Shown: positions 25,241 to 34,933, counted from the first letter of the stretch. The stretch: 64,000 bases of DNA from Patescibacteria group bacterium (GCA_036726225.1 DAIMCS010000001.1:5776-69775); one strand, 5' to 3'. Numbers and translations: made by a program. The notes: generated by a model from the sequence alone, not told the origin.

Positions 25241-25834
25241 ATGGAAGAAACCACTAATCAAAACCAGCTCGGCCATCACGACGACAGCAAAACCCAACTC
25301 GGGTTTTGGATTTACCTAATGACCGACCTAATGATGTTTGCCACCCTGTTTGCAACCTACGCCGCGCTCTCGGGCAGCACATTTGGCGGGCCCTCGGGAG
25401 CCGAACTTTTTAGCCTGCCGGACGCACTTAAACTTACCCTCATTTTACTGACCAGCAGTTTTACCTGCGGCCTGGCCATGCTTGCGGCGCACAAAGCAGA
25501 CAAAAAACAAACCATTTTTTGGTTTGTAATTACACTGATTTTGGGTTTGTCCTTTTTATTTTTTGAATTAAAAGAATTTTCTCACTTAATTGCCGAAGGC
25601 CACGCCTGGAAAAATAGCGCATTCCTCTCTTCCTTCTTTGCGCTCGTAGGCACCCACGGGTTGCACATTGCAGTAGGAGGGCTTTGGATACTTGTAGCCT
25701 TAAAACAAATTACACATTTGGGCTTAAACGGATTTGTAATCTCCAAACTCACCCGCTTAAGCCTTTACTGGCACTTTTTAGACATTGTTTGGATTTTTAT
25801 TTTTACTATTGTGTACCTAATGTCACAAGTTTAA
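25241..25834 (+). CDS. cyoC: cytochrome o ubiquinol oxidase subunit III
   Basis: 197 aa, 5 TM; heme-copper oxidase subunit III-like. Confidence 0.8.
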   Translation: MEETTNQNQLGHHDDSKTQLGFWIYLMTDLMMFATLFATYAALSGSTFGGPSGAELFSLPDALKLTLILLTSSFTCGLAMLAAHKADKKQTIFWFVITLILGLSFLFFELKEFSHLIAEGHAWKNSAFLSSFFALVGTHGLHIAVGGLWILVALKQITHLGLNGFVISKLTRLSLYWHFLDIVWIFIFTIVYLMSQV

Positions 25835-25927
25835 CCCCATTTCGACCGAACGTAGTGAGGGAGAAATCTGTTAAAAATCTGCACTGACGATTTACAGATC
25901 TCTCGCTTCGCTCGAGATGGTAATTAT

Positions 25928-26257
25928 ATGTCAACATTCAAATCATATTTAACCGGTTTCCTTCTCTCTATCGCGTTTACTTTAGGTGCCTATTTTGCCG
26001 TAACCAATCAGCTAAACAGTGCTCTTCCCATAATCCTTGGCCTAGCTTTCTTACAACTAGTAGTCCAAATATTTTTCTTCCTCCACGTGCACAAAGGCGC
26101 GGACCGAATTTGGAATTCTACTGTGCTCATCTCAACTTTAGGTGTTGTATTTATTTTAATTGCCGGATCCATTTGGATAATGACCCATTTAAACTACCAT
26201 ATGACTCCTATGCAAATGCAAGAGCATGTTATTAAAGACGAGGGCATACACAAGTAG
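25928..26257 (+). CDS. cyoD: cytochrome o ubiquinol oxidase subunit IV
   Basis: 109 aa, 3 TM, position in operon. Confidence 0.65.
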   Translation: MSTFKSYLTGFLLSIAFTLGAYFAVTNQLNSALPIILGLAFLQLVVQIFFFLHVHKGADRIWNSTVLISTLGVVFILIAGSIWIMTHLNYHMTPMQMQEHVIKDEGIHK

Positions 26258-27113
26258 AATGCTAAAGTCTTATTACTATTTAACCAAACCCGGCATAATT
26301 TACGGCAACGCTATAAATACCGCTGCCGGCTTTTTTTTGGCTTCGCAAGGCGCCTATGATTTTAAGTTGCTAATGATAACCATCGTAGGCATATCGCTAA
26401 TCGTTGCTTCGGCATGTGTCTTTAACAACATTCTGGATGCTAACATAGACGCCAAAATGGAACGCACCAAAAACCGCGCTATGGTTAGAGGTACTGTTAA
26501 AAAATCATACGCGATCACTTTTGGCATTGTACTGCTAATTTTTGGTATCACAAACTTAGCACTTAGCACTAACCACTTGGCACTCTACGCGGCCCTCATA
26601 GGCTTCTTTGTTTACGTCTTTCTTTATACTTTTAGTAAACGTTATTCTGTTTATGGAACCGAAATCGGCAGTGTTGCCGGAGCTATGCCACCTGTTGTGG
26701 GATATCTCTCTGTATCTTATGAAATTGATTCCGGGGCCATAATCCTATTTGCAATTTTTGTGCTTTGGCAAATGCCGCATTTTTATGCAATCGCAATTTA
26801 TCGTTTAAAAGAATATGTAGCAGCAGATATTCCAATTTTGTCCGCGGTCAAAGGTGTCCGCCGTACTAAGATGAATATTCTGGCTTACATACTTGCCTTC
26901 ACTGTGGCCGTTTTGCTTTTAAAGCTTTTAAATTATACCGGCTACGTTTACTTGTTTGTGATGAGTGTGCTGTGCTTAGCCTGGCTAGTAATGGCTTTTA
27001 GAGGTTTTAAGGCCGCCGATGATAGTAAATGGGCAAGAGGTATGTTTAAATTTTCCCTCCTAATAGTTTTGACTTTTTGTGTTATAATACCAATAGATAA
27101 ATTTCTTACATGA
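26226..27113 (+). CDS. cyoE: protoheme IX farnesyltransferase (heme O synthase)
   Basis: UbiA prenyltransferase family; 295 aa, polytopic; follows cyoD. Confidence 0.85.
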   Translation: MLLKTRAYTSRMLKSYYYLTKPGIIYGNAINTAAGFFLASQGAYDFKLLMITIVGISLIVASACVFNNILDANIDAKMERTKNRAMVRGTVKKSYAITFGIVLLIFGITNLALSTNHLALYAALIGFFVYVFLYTFSKRYSVYGTEIGSVAGAMPPVVGYLSVSYEIDSGAIILFAIFVLWQMPHFYAIAIYRLKEYVAADIPILSAVKGVRRTKMNILAYILAFTVAVLLLKLLNYTGYVYLFVMSVLCLAWLVMAFRGFKAADDSKWARGMFKFSLLIVLTFCVIIPIDKFLT

Positions 27114-27394
27114 TTTTACTTATTCACATTGTAATAGCCATTTCCAGTGTAGTTTATACAATCTACCTGTTTTTAAGCCCGTCACGGGCTAAGCTTCGCT
27201 ATAGCTATTTGCTTGTTGCCTTAACTTTTGTTTCAGGCGGATTTTTGGTATTTGCTAAACCTGCGAGCCTTACCCAAACCTGCGTAACCGGCCTGGCGTA
27301 CCTGGCAGTTATGGCTGTTGGTATTGCTGCGGTCAGGGCAAAACTAAACAGGCTCGACACTATTGTGGAAATTTCTCAAGACATAAATCCTTAA
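27110..27394 (+). CDS. hypothetical small membrane protein
   Basis: 94 aa, 3 TM; ATGA overlap with cyoE. Confidence 0.4.
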   Translation: MILLIHIVIAISSVVYTIYLFLSPSRAKLRYSYLLVALTFVSGGFLVFAKPASLTQTCVTGLAYLAVMAVGIAAVRAKLNRLDTIVEISQDINP

Positions 27395-27826
27395 ATGGAA
27401 ACTATCCCGTGGTTTAGCACTTTTACTTTAATAACCGAAGCTGCTGTAACTGCCTCGGTGGTTTATATTTTATACAGCGGATTTTACAAAAATAAATTTC
27501 CCGCAAAATTAACGGCAGCGACTTTGGGTTATGAGCTCTTGTTTAACATTAGCTATATGACCTACCGGGCAGTCACGCACAACGACGGCCCTGCTCACCC
27601 GCATTCTACTTTTCATTTGGCGGTGGCAATTTTCCACGGCACTTTTTCTCTTTTAATGTTTTTGCTGCTGATTGTGTTCATGATTTTTGCATGGCGGGGG
27701 TATAAGCAGGGAATTAATTTTTTCCAAAAATATAAAAAAACCACAGTCGTATTCTTAACTGCCTGGATGATTGCAATTTTATCAGGATTTTTGTTTTATT
27801 ATGAATCCTACTTAACAAAGAACTAA
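27395..27826 (+). CDS. membrane protein, DUF420-like (family often linked to heme-copper oxidase operons)
   Basis: 143 aa, 4 TM; conserved His (LAVAIFHGTFSLL); operon context. Confidence 0.4.
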   Translation: METIPWFSTFTLITEAAVTASVVYILYSGFYKNKFPAKLTAATLGYELLFNISYMTYRAVTHNDGPAHPHSTFHLAVAIFHGTFSLLMFLLLIVFMIFAWRGYKQGINFFQKYKKTTVVFLTAWMIAILSGFLFYYESYLTKN

Positions 27827-27828
27827 CA

Positions 27829-29073
27829 ATGAGCATACAAAAGCCCCAAAGCATCCAGTCCGTTTACCTTTATTTAACTTTAACCAACACCTTAGCCGCT
27901 TCTTTTATTTGGGGAATAAATACAATTTTTTTGTTGGATGCCGGACTTAGCAATTTTCAGGCTTTTTTAGCCAATGCTTTTTTTACTGCCGGACAGGTAA
28001 TTTTTGAAATCCCCACGGGCATTGTTGCGGATATGTGGGGCAGAAGGACTTCTTATATTTTAGGGACAATAACGCTTTCTGTTTCCACGCTGCTGTATCT
28101 TTTTATGTGGAAAATCCATGGCCCTTTTTGGGGCTGGGCCGCTTCCTCCGTAATGCTTGGTCTTGGCTTTACTTTCTTTTCCGGAGCTTTGGAAGCCTGG
28201 CTGGTTGACGCGCTTAAAGCCACCGGCTTTACCGGGAGCCTTGAGAATGTTTTTGCCAAAGCACAAATGGCAGGCGGGGCGGCCATGTTAACAGGTTCCA
28301 TAGGCGGAGGGTTGCTGGCGCAAGCCTTTGGCTTAGGCATTCCTTATATTGCAAGGTCGGCAATTTTAGTACTGAATTTTGCCGTAGCCTTTTTCTTAAT
28401 GAAAGATTTAGGCTTTACCCCAAAGAAAACCAATACTCCATTTAAAGAAATAAAAAATATTTTTCGCCTGTCAATTGACAACGGTTTAAAAAACGCGAAA
28501 GTCAAATGGATTATGCTGGCCGCGCCGTTTACTACCGGTGTAAGTTTTTATATTTTTTACGCCCTGCAGCCATTTTTACTTGAGCTTTACGGCGACGAAA
28601 AAGCCTACTGGATAGCGGGACTGGTTGCCGCGCTTGTCGCAGCTTCACAAATTGCCGGAGGATTCTTTGCCGGCAAAATAAAAAACCTGTTTAACCTAAG
28701 GACCAACGCTCTGCTCACCGGCACTTTGACTACCGCCCTGGTGTTAATTTTAGTTTCTTTTACTCACAACTTTTTTGCTGTAGTGGGCTTAATCTTTGTG
28801 TGGGGACTGGTTTTTGCAGCCCTTGGGCCTATTCGCCAAACCTATTTAAACAGCAACATTCCTTCGGAGCAGCGGGCAACCGTGCTTTCTTTTGACTCCT
28901 TAATGGGCTCTTCCGGCGGCATTGTTGTTCAGCCGGTTTTAGGGAGGGCTGCCGATGTTTGGGGCTACCCTGCCTCTTACTTAGGTGCGGCTTTTTTCCA
29001 GCTCGCCGCTTTGCCTTTTATTGCCTTAGCTAAAAAACAAAAGGCTGAAGCAGACACTATAGAAAAAAGTTAA
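27829..29073 (+). CDS. MFS transporter
   Basis: 414 aa, 12 TM; MFS motif A-like GRRTSY. Confidence 0.8.
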   Translation: MSIQKPQSIQSVYLYLTLTNTLAASFIWGINTIFLLDAGLSNFQAFLANAFFTAGQVIFEIPTGIVADMWGRRTSYILGTITLSVSTLLYLFMWKIHGPFWGWAASSVMLGLGFTFFSGALEAWLVDALKATGFTGSLENVFAKAQMAGGAAMLTGSIGGGLLAQAFGLGIPYIARSAILVLNFAVAFFLMKDLGFTPKKTNTPFKEIKNIFRLSIDNGLKNAKVKWIMLAAPFTTGVSFYIFYALQPFLLELYGDEKAYWIAGLVAALVAASQIAGGFFAGKIKNLFNLRTNALLTGTLTTALVLILVSFTHNFFAVVGLIFVWGLVFAALGPIRQTYLNSNIPSEQRATVLSFDSLMGSSGGIVVQPVLGRAADVWGYPASYLGAAFFQLAALPFIALAKKQKAEADTIEKS

Positions 29074-29092
29074 CTTAATTTAAAATTTTCCT

Positions 29093-29140
29093 ACAAAAAA
29101 ATAGCAGAGTGCCTTGCAGCACTCTGCTATTCGCGTTTGA
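29093..29140. terminator. bidirectional terminator (TAGCAGAGTGC cttgc AGCACTCTGCTA)
   Basis: 11-bp perfect stem flanked by A- and T-runs, between convergent genes. Confidence 0.65.
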
Positions 29141-29146
29141 CTTGAA

Positions 29147-29557
29147 CTAAGCGGTTTTCCAACCGGCGATGGCAGCTCCGTACTCCTTGAGGAGCAAATA
29201 GTCTGCCGAGTCAATTTTGTTTGCCGGGTTGCCGACTTCATGAAAAAGCCGATTTTTGGGATCGTACGCGACGGAGAGGATTCTGACCGCATCGGCCGGC
29301 ATTTTACTCACTCCGACAGACAGGACTCCAATCGCTTCCCCGGTGGAATCGTACCCGGACACACATTGCATGGGCGGCGCGCTGTGCACAAATGTCACCT
29401 TTGACAAAATCCCGAATCCGAAATCTTGGCTATATTCAAAATACTTCCTGTCTTTGTCAGCCACGCGCCATATTCTTCCCGACTTTTCCCTGCGAATAGC
29501 TACGGGCCGAGCTTTTTCGCGAGACTGATTACGGCCATGTTGCTTCTTCTTGCTCAT
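29147..29557 (-). CDS. hypothetical protein, GC-rich, basic N-terminus
   Basis: SD AGGAGG 6 nt before ATG 29557; no recognizable domain. Confidence 0.45.
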   Translation of the reverse strand: MSKKKQHGRNQSREKARPVAIRREKSGRIWRVADKDRKYFEYSQDFGFGILSKVTFVHSAPPMQCVSGYDSTGEAIGVLSVGVSKMPADAVRILSVAYDPKNRLFHEVGNPANKIDSADYLLLKEYGAAIAGWKTA

Positions 29558-29590
29558 CAAGAACCTCCTTAAGGGTAACTAATAATAGCA

Positions 29591-29620
29591 AAAAAAGCCT
29601 GGAAATGTCCAGGCTTTTTG
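29591..29620. terminator. bidirectional terminator (AAAAAAGCCTGGAaatgTCCAGGCTTTTTG)
   Basis: 8-bp stem, A-run on plus strand, T-run on minus strand. Confidence 0.6.
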
Positions 29621-29629
29621 TTTACTTAA

Positions 29630-29824
29630 CTATTTTTTATTCGCGTACTTCATTCCTGTATACGCCAAAAATATCGCAATGGGCATTGCCACCCAGCTCG
29701 CCCACATTGGCGCAGTAAAGCCGCCAATTTGCAATTCCCAACCGTTTAAAATACGCAAAATGTGCAGTACGCCGACCACGGTAAAAATAGCCGCGGCAGT
29801 CTGCAAAAAGACTTTTTGTCTCAT
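29630..29824 (-). CDS. small membrane protein (64 aa, 2 TM)
   Basis: Hydrophobic profile; flanked by terminators. Confidence 0.4.
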   Translation of the reverse strand: MRQKVFLQTAAAIFTVVGVLHILRILNGWELQIGGFTAPMWASWVAMPIAIFLAYTGMKYANKK

Positions 29825-30062
29825 TTTTATTGTTTGTTTCCTTTCGCCTGCAAGGGACGAAATTTACTATTTTCTTTATTATACACCCTTGGTTTTTGCA
29901 AAATCAAATTTTTAATATTTTGTTTGTGGGTTAAATTTTTTTAGTCTGCTTTTACAAGCTTATATTTGAGTAAAAAATCCTTAATTTTGAAACATTGCTA
30001 AGTTGTCCGCGATGAGCAAAATATAGCATTTTACAATTAATTTTTTGGGGGAGGTGGTATAT

Positions 30063-30167
30063 ATGGCAACTCAAGCACAAAAAAAAGCCGCGCGAGAAAA
30101 CCTTAAAAAGGCCAGAGCGGCGAGGAGGCGTAACAGCCAGTCAACCGACGAAAGCGCCTATAATTAG
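30063..30167 (+). CDS. 34-aa highly basic small protein (MATQAQKKAAREKLKKARAARRRNSQSTDESAYN)
   Basis: SD GGGGGAGG 8 nt upstream; followed by a 15-bp perfect hairpin terminator. It is below the ORF-track size cutoff. Confidence 0.25.
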   Translation: MATQAQKKAARENLKKARAARRRNSQSTDESAYN

Positions 30168-30181
30168 CAATGCAGCCCTAT

Positions 30182-30213
30182 AACACCATCCCGACGACCG
30201 TCGGGATGGTGTT
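30182..30213. terminator. bidirectional terminator AACACCATCCCGACGaccGTCGGGATGGTGTT
   Basis: 15-bp perfect stem between convergent genes. Confidence 0.6.
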
Positions 30214-30226
30214 ATTTAAAACAATA

Positions 30227-30958
30227 CTACCTGCTTACATCATAAGCAACTCTAACTGTGCCCGAACCTTCTTGTTTAATTTTACGCACAGTCATAGATT
30301 TTATTTCGGAAAGTTGGCTTACATGCGTCCCGCCGCACGGCACGCCAAAGTCCCCATACATAACCACGCGCGCGGGTTTGCCTTCGGGCAAATTTTCAGG
30401 AACGTTTCTGCAGACCTCGTGCATTTTTTCTTTTTCCATTAACACTAATTTTGTCTGTCTGTTTTCTGCAATAAATTTATTGCTAGAGTTTTCAATATCA
30501 ACTTTTAACTTTTCTTTATCCATTCCGTCCAAGCTTCCGGCGTATTCTACGTACGGCCCTTGTGGAAAATGGTAGCCTTTGCCAGGAATCCAGGGAAGGT
30601 TAAGATCGTAAATTGCCATGTCCAAAACATGGCCGCCGGAGTGAATCCGGCTATTTAATTCCCTTCTTTCCTTATCAACTATTAGCTCCACCTCTTCTCC
30701 TGCGGCGATGTTACCCGATTCAAACTTACCAATGTGTTTTACAATCCCCTCCACAAACCTAACCTCTTCGACAATAAATTTCCCTGATTGTCCGCTAATA
30801 AATCCGTTGTCATAAGGTTGTCCGCCGCCTTGAGGATAAAAAATAGTTTCATCTAATATTACAACCGCTCTCCCCTCTTCTTCTCGCACTTCCAAAACTT
30901 TGGCCGCTGCATTTAAGATTGTGAAATCTTCCAAATACAATAATTTTGTGATTTGCAT
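30227..30958 (-). CDS. alaX: AlaX-type alanyl-tRNA editing protein (free-standing tRNA-synthetase second additional domain)
   Basis: HSGGHVL and CGGTHV zinc-binding motifs of the AlaRS/ThrRS editing domain. Confidence 0.75.
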   Translation of the reverse strand: MQITKLLYLEDFTILNAAAKVLEVREEEGRAVVILDETIFYPQGGGQPYDNGFISGQSGKFIVEEVRFVEGIVKHIGKFESGNIAAGEEVELIVDKERRELNSRIHSGGHVLDMAIYDLNLPWIPGKGYHFPQGPYVEYAGSLDGMDKEKLKVDIENSSNKFIAENRQTKLVLMEKEKMHEVCRNVPENLPEGKPARVVMYGDFGVPCGGTHVSQLSEIKSMTVRKIKQEGSGTVRVAYDVSR

Positions 30959-30987
30959 AAATAAGATGTTAAAAAATTATGTTTTGA

Positions 30988-31092
30988 ATTCCCTCCCCTT
31001 GAGGGGGAGGGATTGGGAGGGGTGAAGTCAAAATCATCACCCTCCCCCTGCCTGCCGGCAGGCAGGCTAACCCCTCCCATCCAGGGAGGGGA
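30988..31092. repeat. GGGAGGGG palindromic element copy E3 (empty; extra internal palindrome CCTGCCTGCCGGCAGGCAGG)
   Basis: Same arms as E1 and E2; spacer agtcaaaatca. Confidence 0.8.
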
Positions 31093-31341
31093 AATTGAAA
31101 AATAAAAAGACCCCGGAGTTTCGGGGCCAATTATAAATAAATTACAAAAGCCCCGAATCAGCTATGATCGGAAAGCTTAAGGAATAAATTATGATAGCTA
31201 ACAATTACCATATATTAAGTGTACTACAAAACTTTTGTAGATGCAACCCTTGTCGGAAAACTTCGTTTATGGTATTGTATGTAGTTGCCATCATCAACGA
31301 TTTAACTTTCAACAGAGGCGAAAAAACGCCAAGGAGGATAG

Positions 31342-31833
31342 ATGACCGACAATGACTGGATCGCGCATATCGGACAAAGGGTGTCCGAAATCAATGTATG
31401 GATTTCCCTGCAGGGACTTTACCGCTTGACCCTGCTCGTAACCGCAATTGCGTTGCTGTGTAAATATATCAAGGAAAACACCTATGAGTATTTGCTCCTA
31501 GCGGCGTTTGCCTCCATATGTATTGGTTTCGTAGAAGGCACCTTCCACTGGAACATCCACATGAACGGCAATAACGCCAAGATTATGGAAGAAAATCTGA
31601 GCAAGAAGGAAGGGAGTCATGAGCATTTGCGCTCGGCTCAAAACCGAACACCCTCACAGCACGCGGCACTCGGCAGCGTTGCTCCGTTTATCATTCTCTT
31701 CTTGGTTTGCCTGTTCGGTATCTATTTTCACAGAGAGCAAATCCCGGGAGCTGGTTTATGGATCATCGCGCTTATGACAGGAGCGTCCGTGTCGGGGTTG
31801 TATTACTTGCATATGACTAGAATCAGCCCTTAG
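31342..31833 (+). CDS. hypothetical membrane protein (4 TM), GC-rich
   Basis: SD AAGGAGG; terminator 31847-31880 (CCGGTGGAAcaagTTCCACCGG plus T6). Confidence 0.5.
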   Translation: MTDNDWIAHIGQRVSEINVWISLQGLYRLTLLVTAIALLCKYIKENTYEYLLLAAFASICIGFVEGTFHWNIHMNGNNAKIMEENLSKKEGSHEHLRSAQNRTPSQHAALGSVAPFIILFLVCLFGIYFHREQIPGAGLWIIALMTGASVSGLYYLHMTRISP

Positions 31834-32064
31834 TCGGGCCTTACGACCGGTGGAAACAAGTTCCACCGGCTCGTTTTTTGAGTATTGATAAATTAAAATA
31901 AAACTGGTAAAATATCAAAGATCCCTTAATAAGGGCTCCCAAAAATCAGGAGCGCAGTCCCGAGCGTAAGCTTCGGGACGAGCACGGATTTTTGGGAAGA
32001 AGGAACAGCCGCGAGCCGAAGCTCTTTTACGAAGTAAAAAGCGCAGGCGAGCAGGCTGTGACGT

Positions 32065-32139
32065 TCGGGAGTAGCTCAGCGGTAGAGCAATCGGCTGTTA
32101 ACCGATGGGTCGTGGGTTCGAATCCCACCTCCCGAGCCA
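32065..32139 (+). tRNA. tRNA-Asn (anticodon GUU)
   Basis: Manual cloverleaf: acceptor TCGGGAG/CTCCCGA, D-arm GCTC..GAGC, anticodon stem ATCGG/CCGAT with loop ctGTTaa, T-arm GTGGG-TTCGAAT-CCCAC, 3' G-CCA encoded; followed by a terminator at 32139-32175. Confidence 0.9.
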
Positions 32140-32185
32140 CAAAAAACATCTTTCAAAAGAAGGTGTTTTTTGTTATTCTACTTGT

Positions 32186-32614
32186 ATGAATATGTTCAAA
32201 AAAGTAAAAGCAAATAGCGTAGAAAGCTACCTCGCTGCTGTTCCCAAGGAACGCAAGGAGGATATTCTTTTTCTGCACAATTTTATAAAAAAGACGGTGT
32301 CGAAACTAAAACCACATTTTGCCTACAATATGCTTGGCTACGGCTCATTCCCCTACCGCAATTATAAACATGAGCAAATTTTATGGCCGACTATTGCCCT
32401 GGCAAACCAAAAAAACTACATTAGCCTGTATGTTTGCGCCGTGGAAAACGGAAAGTACATTGCGGAAAAAAATAAAAAGGACTTAGGCAAAGTTAGCGTA
32501 GGCAAGAGCTGTATTCGTTTTAGAAAAATAGCAGACTTAAACCTGCCGGCGTTAAAAAAGGTTTTGTTGCTTGCTCAAAAAAATCCCGGCCTTGCCGGAG
32601 CTTACTCAAGCTAA
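32186..32614 (+). CDS. DUF1801 (YdhG-like) domain protein
   Basis: VESYLAAVPKERKEDILFLHNFIKK… pattern of the DUF1801 family; start set at ATG 32186, downstream of the tRNA. Confidence 0.55.
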   Translation: MNMFKKVKANSVESYLAAVPKERKEDILFLHNFIKKTVSKLKPHFAYNMLGYGSFPYRNYKHEQILWPTIALANQKNYISLYVCAVENGKYIAEKNKKDLGKVSVGKSCIRFRKIADLNLPALKKVLLLAQKNPGLAGAYSS

Positions 32615-32736
32615 CAAGTCGAAATAGCTGAGTCCGCATTTAAAACAATCCCATAAGATTAAAACACTGTGGCAAGCTTGTGCGATTAAAATAATAGACT
32701 TTGATTATTAATCCCCGCCTCTGGCGGAAACTAATT

Positions 32737-33339
32737 ATGAGAAAAATAATTGTTTTATCTTTTATATCACTCGATGGTGTAATGCAAGCACCCGGCGGAC
32801 CCGAGGAAGATACATCCGGCGGTTTTAAATATGGTGGCTGGACTTTTCCTTATTTTGATGAATTCTCGGGCAAAGTTATGGGAGAGCAGATGAAAAACCC
32901 TTCAGATTTGCTCTTAGGCAGAAAAACTTTTGATATATTTGCATCTTACTGGCCGCAGCATGCCAGTGACTGGCCCGGCATAAACGAAGCTACCAAGTAC
33001 GTGGTTTCAAATACGCTTACAAAAACTGACTGGGAAAACTCCATTATTATAAAAGGCGACGCTGCAGAGGAAATTAAAAAACTTAAAAAACAAGACGGTT
33101 CTGACTTAAAAGTCTGGGGCAGCGCCAATCTTATTCAAACACTTTTGAAACACGATTTGGTTGATGAATTGCTACTCAAAACATTCCCAGTTACGCTAGG
33201 AACGGGCAAGCGCCTTTTTGCAGAAGGTACAATCCCCGCTGCGTTCAAACTAACCAAAACAGAAGTTTCTCCAAGCGGAGTTATTTTTGCCAATTACGAG
33301 CGCGCAGGAGAAGTTAAAACGGGTACTATTGGAGCTTAG
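32737..33339 (+). CDS. dihydrofolate reductase-family protein (RibD C-terminal domain-like, YwjB/YyaP type)
   Basis: MRKIIVLSFISLDGVMQAP… typical N-terminus; the GC hairpin motif lies in the 5' UTR. Confidence 0.7.
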   Translation: MRKIIVLSFISLDGVMQAPGGPEEDTSGGFKYGGWTFPYFDEFSGKVMGEQMKNPSDLLLGRKTFDIFASYWPQHASDWPGINEATKYVVSNTLTKTDWENSIIIKGDAAEEIKKLKKQDGSDLKVWGSANLIQTLLKHDLVDELLLKTFPVTLGTGKRLFAEGTIPAAFKLTKTEVSPSGVIFANYERAGEVKTGTIGA

Positions 33340-33475
33340 ATAATAAATGTCTATAAAAAGCATTACCACAGGGTGGTGCTTTTTATATTACCCTAGACTT
33401 CTCCAGATTTTTTTGCTAATATAGGAAGTCTTTAAGCACAACACTTAAGGACTTCAAATAAATCTGGAGGAAACA

Positions 33476-33706
33476 ATGTCCAACGGGCCTTTTTCTGTGC
33501 AAGAACTCTACAGGATTCGGGATTTTTTCCCCAAGGGTTGCGACTTTTATTGGTCGCCGGCGGACAATATCCCAGTTCCTATGGGGACTCAGTTGGTATA
33601 TGATGAGTACAAGGAACTTGGGATGAAAGAGGCCTGCAAGAGCTGTACTGCCAGAAGCTGTACTGTGCGGCTGGCTCCCAATCCCCGGCTTGAAAAAAAG
33701 ACCTAA
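33476..33706 (+). CDS. hypothetical small protein (76 aa, Cys-rich C-terminus)
   Basis: SD GGAGG; terminator 33713-33745 (15-bp perfect stem); structured 5' UTR. Confidence 0.4.
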   Translation: MSNGPFSVQELYRIRDFFPKGCDFYWSPADNIPVPMGTQLVYDEYKELGMKEACKSCTARSCTVRLAPNPRLEKKT

Positions 33707-33893
33707 ACAACAGGTCGGAAGTCTCTGCCCCAGAGACTTCCGACCCCCCTTACCAAAAGGCAAGAAATTTTTGGAAGGGATTTTTTTATTCCCGATTTAT
33801 GATAAAATAAAAAGATCCCATAAGTTAAAAATAAATGCCCAAAATCCGTTTTAAATCTAAACTTTCTAAAGCTAGCCCAATTACCAAATAGTT

Positions 33894-34232
33894 ATGACCA
33901 AAAAAGCAATGGTTCGACAGGCTCACCACAAGGTCTCCAGCGGTACAGCACATACACTACCGACCGATTTACGAAAAGCTCTTACTTCAGATAAAGCGGC
34001 AGTAAATATCTGGGAAAGTCTTACCCCACTGGCGCGCAATGAGTGGATTTGCTGGGTTACCTTTGTCAAAAAAGAAGAAACAAGGAAGGATCATGTTAAA
34101 AGGACTATTAGCGAACTTAAGGAAGGGATGCGAAGGCCATGTTGCTGGCTGGGCTGTATTCATCGGAAGGATAAGGCTATAAGTCGTTCGGTCCAATGGG
34201 CGCTTAATAGACAATCTAAAAAATCAAAATAA
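33894..34232 (+). CDS. YdeI/OmpD-associated family protein
   Basis: LTPLARNEWICWVTFVKKEETRKDHVKRTISELKEG resembles the YdeI C-terminal signature. Confidence 0.45.
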   Translation: MTKKAMVRQAHHKVSSGTAHTLPTDLRKALTSDKAAVNIWESLTPLARNEWICWVTFVKKEETRKDHVKRTISELKEGMRRPCCWLGCIHRKDKAISRSVQWALNRQSKKSK

Positions 34233-34329
34233 TGGGTCATGTCCCCATTTCCCCTGTTGACTCGGGATAGTCTTTTCAATATAATAAGGGGTCTTGTTGA
34301 AAAAATGTTTGCAAATAGAAGGAGGATTA

Positions 34330-34790
34330 TGTTCACAGAATTGATTCTGCGCGCAAGTGATACTTGCGGGCCAACTGGTTTAGGCTTCCCTAAGCTCGAA
34401 GCCCCGTACATAGAGACGACGTACGCCGATTACGAAACCACACAGATTGTCGGATTCTCAAAAGCTTTAATGCGACAATATGGGATGGCGGCACTTAGGG
34501 GCATGGGCTGTGTCCTTGTCTTTCTCAGAATGACTGCGGAGGAGCTCGGCCAAAAAAAGGAATTCGACGATCTGGTCGCCGCGATTTCTGAGGCCACCTG
34601 GAAGAATTTGGTGGCCGAACTGCGCAAAGGAGCAGAAGCTGCTTGCAAGCCCATGGAAGACATTTTGATCAACGCGATGAATTACGCCAAGGTTTTGGAT
34701 AAAATTGGGAGAACCGAAGGCCGACAATGGATGATTGGCCAAATGTCGACCTTGGAGCTGCTCCGGCGCACTGAAGCAGATCAAAAATGA
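34330..34790 (+). CDS. hypothetical protein (helical), GC-rich
   Basis: SD AAGGAGG before ATG 34330; hairpin terminator GCCCGTCggtatccGACGGGC follows. Confidence 0.45.
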
Positions 34791-34933
34791 TGAAAATAAG
34801 ACCGAGCCCGTCCGGTATCCGACGGGCAACACGGCCAAAAGAATTGGTCGTGTTTTTAGTTTAATCGATTTCTATAATTCGAGTATGACCTATTAGGGCG
34901 AAAAATTGTTTTATTTTATGATATAATTTTTAT

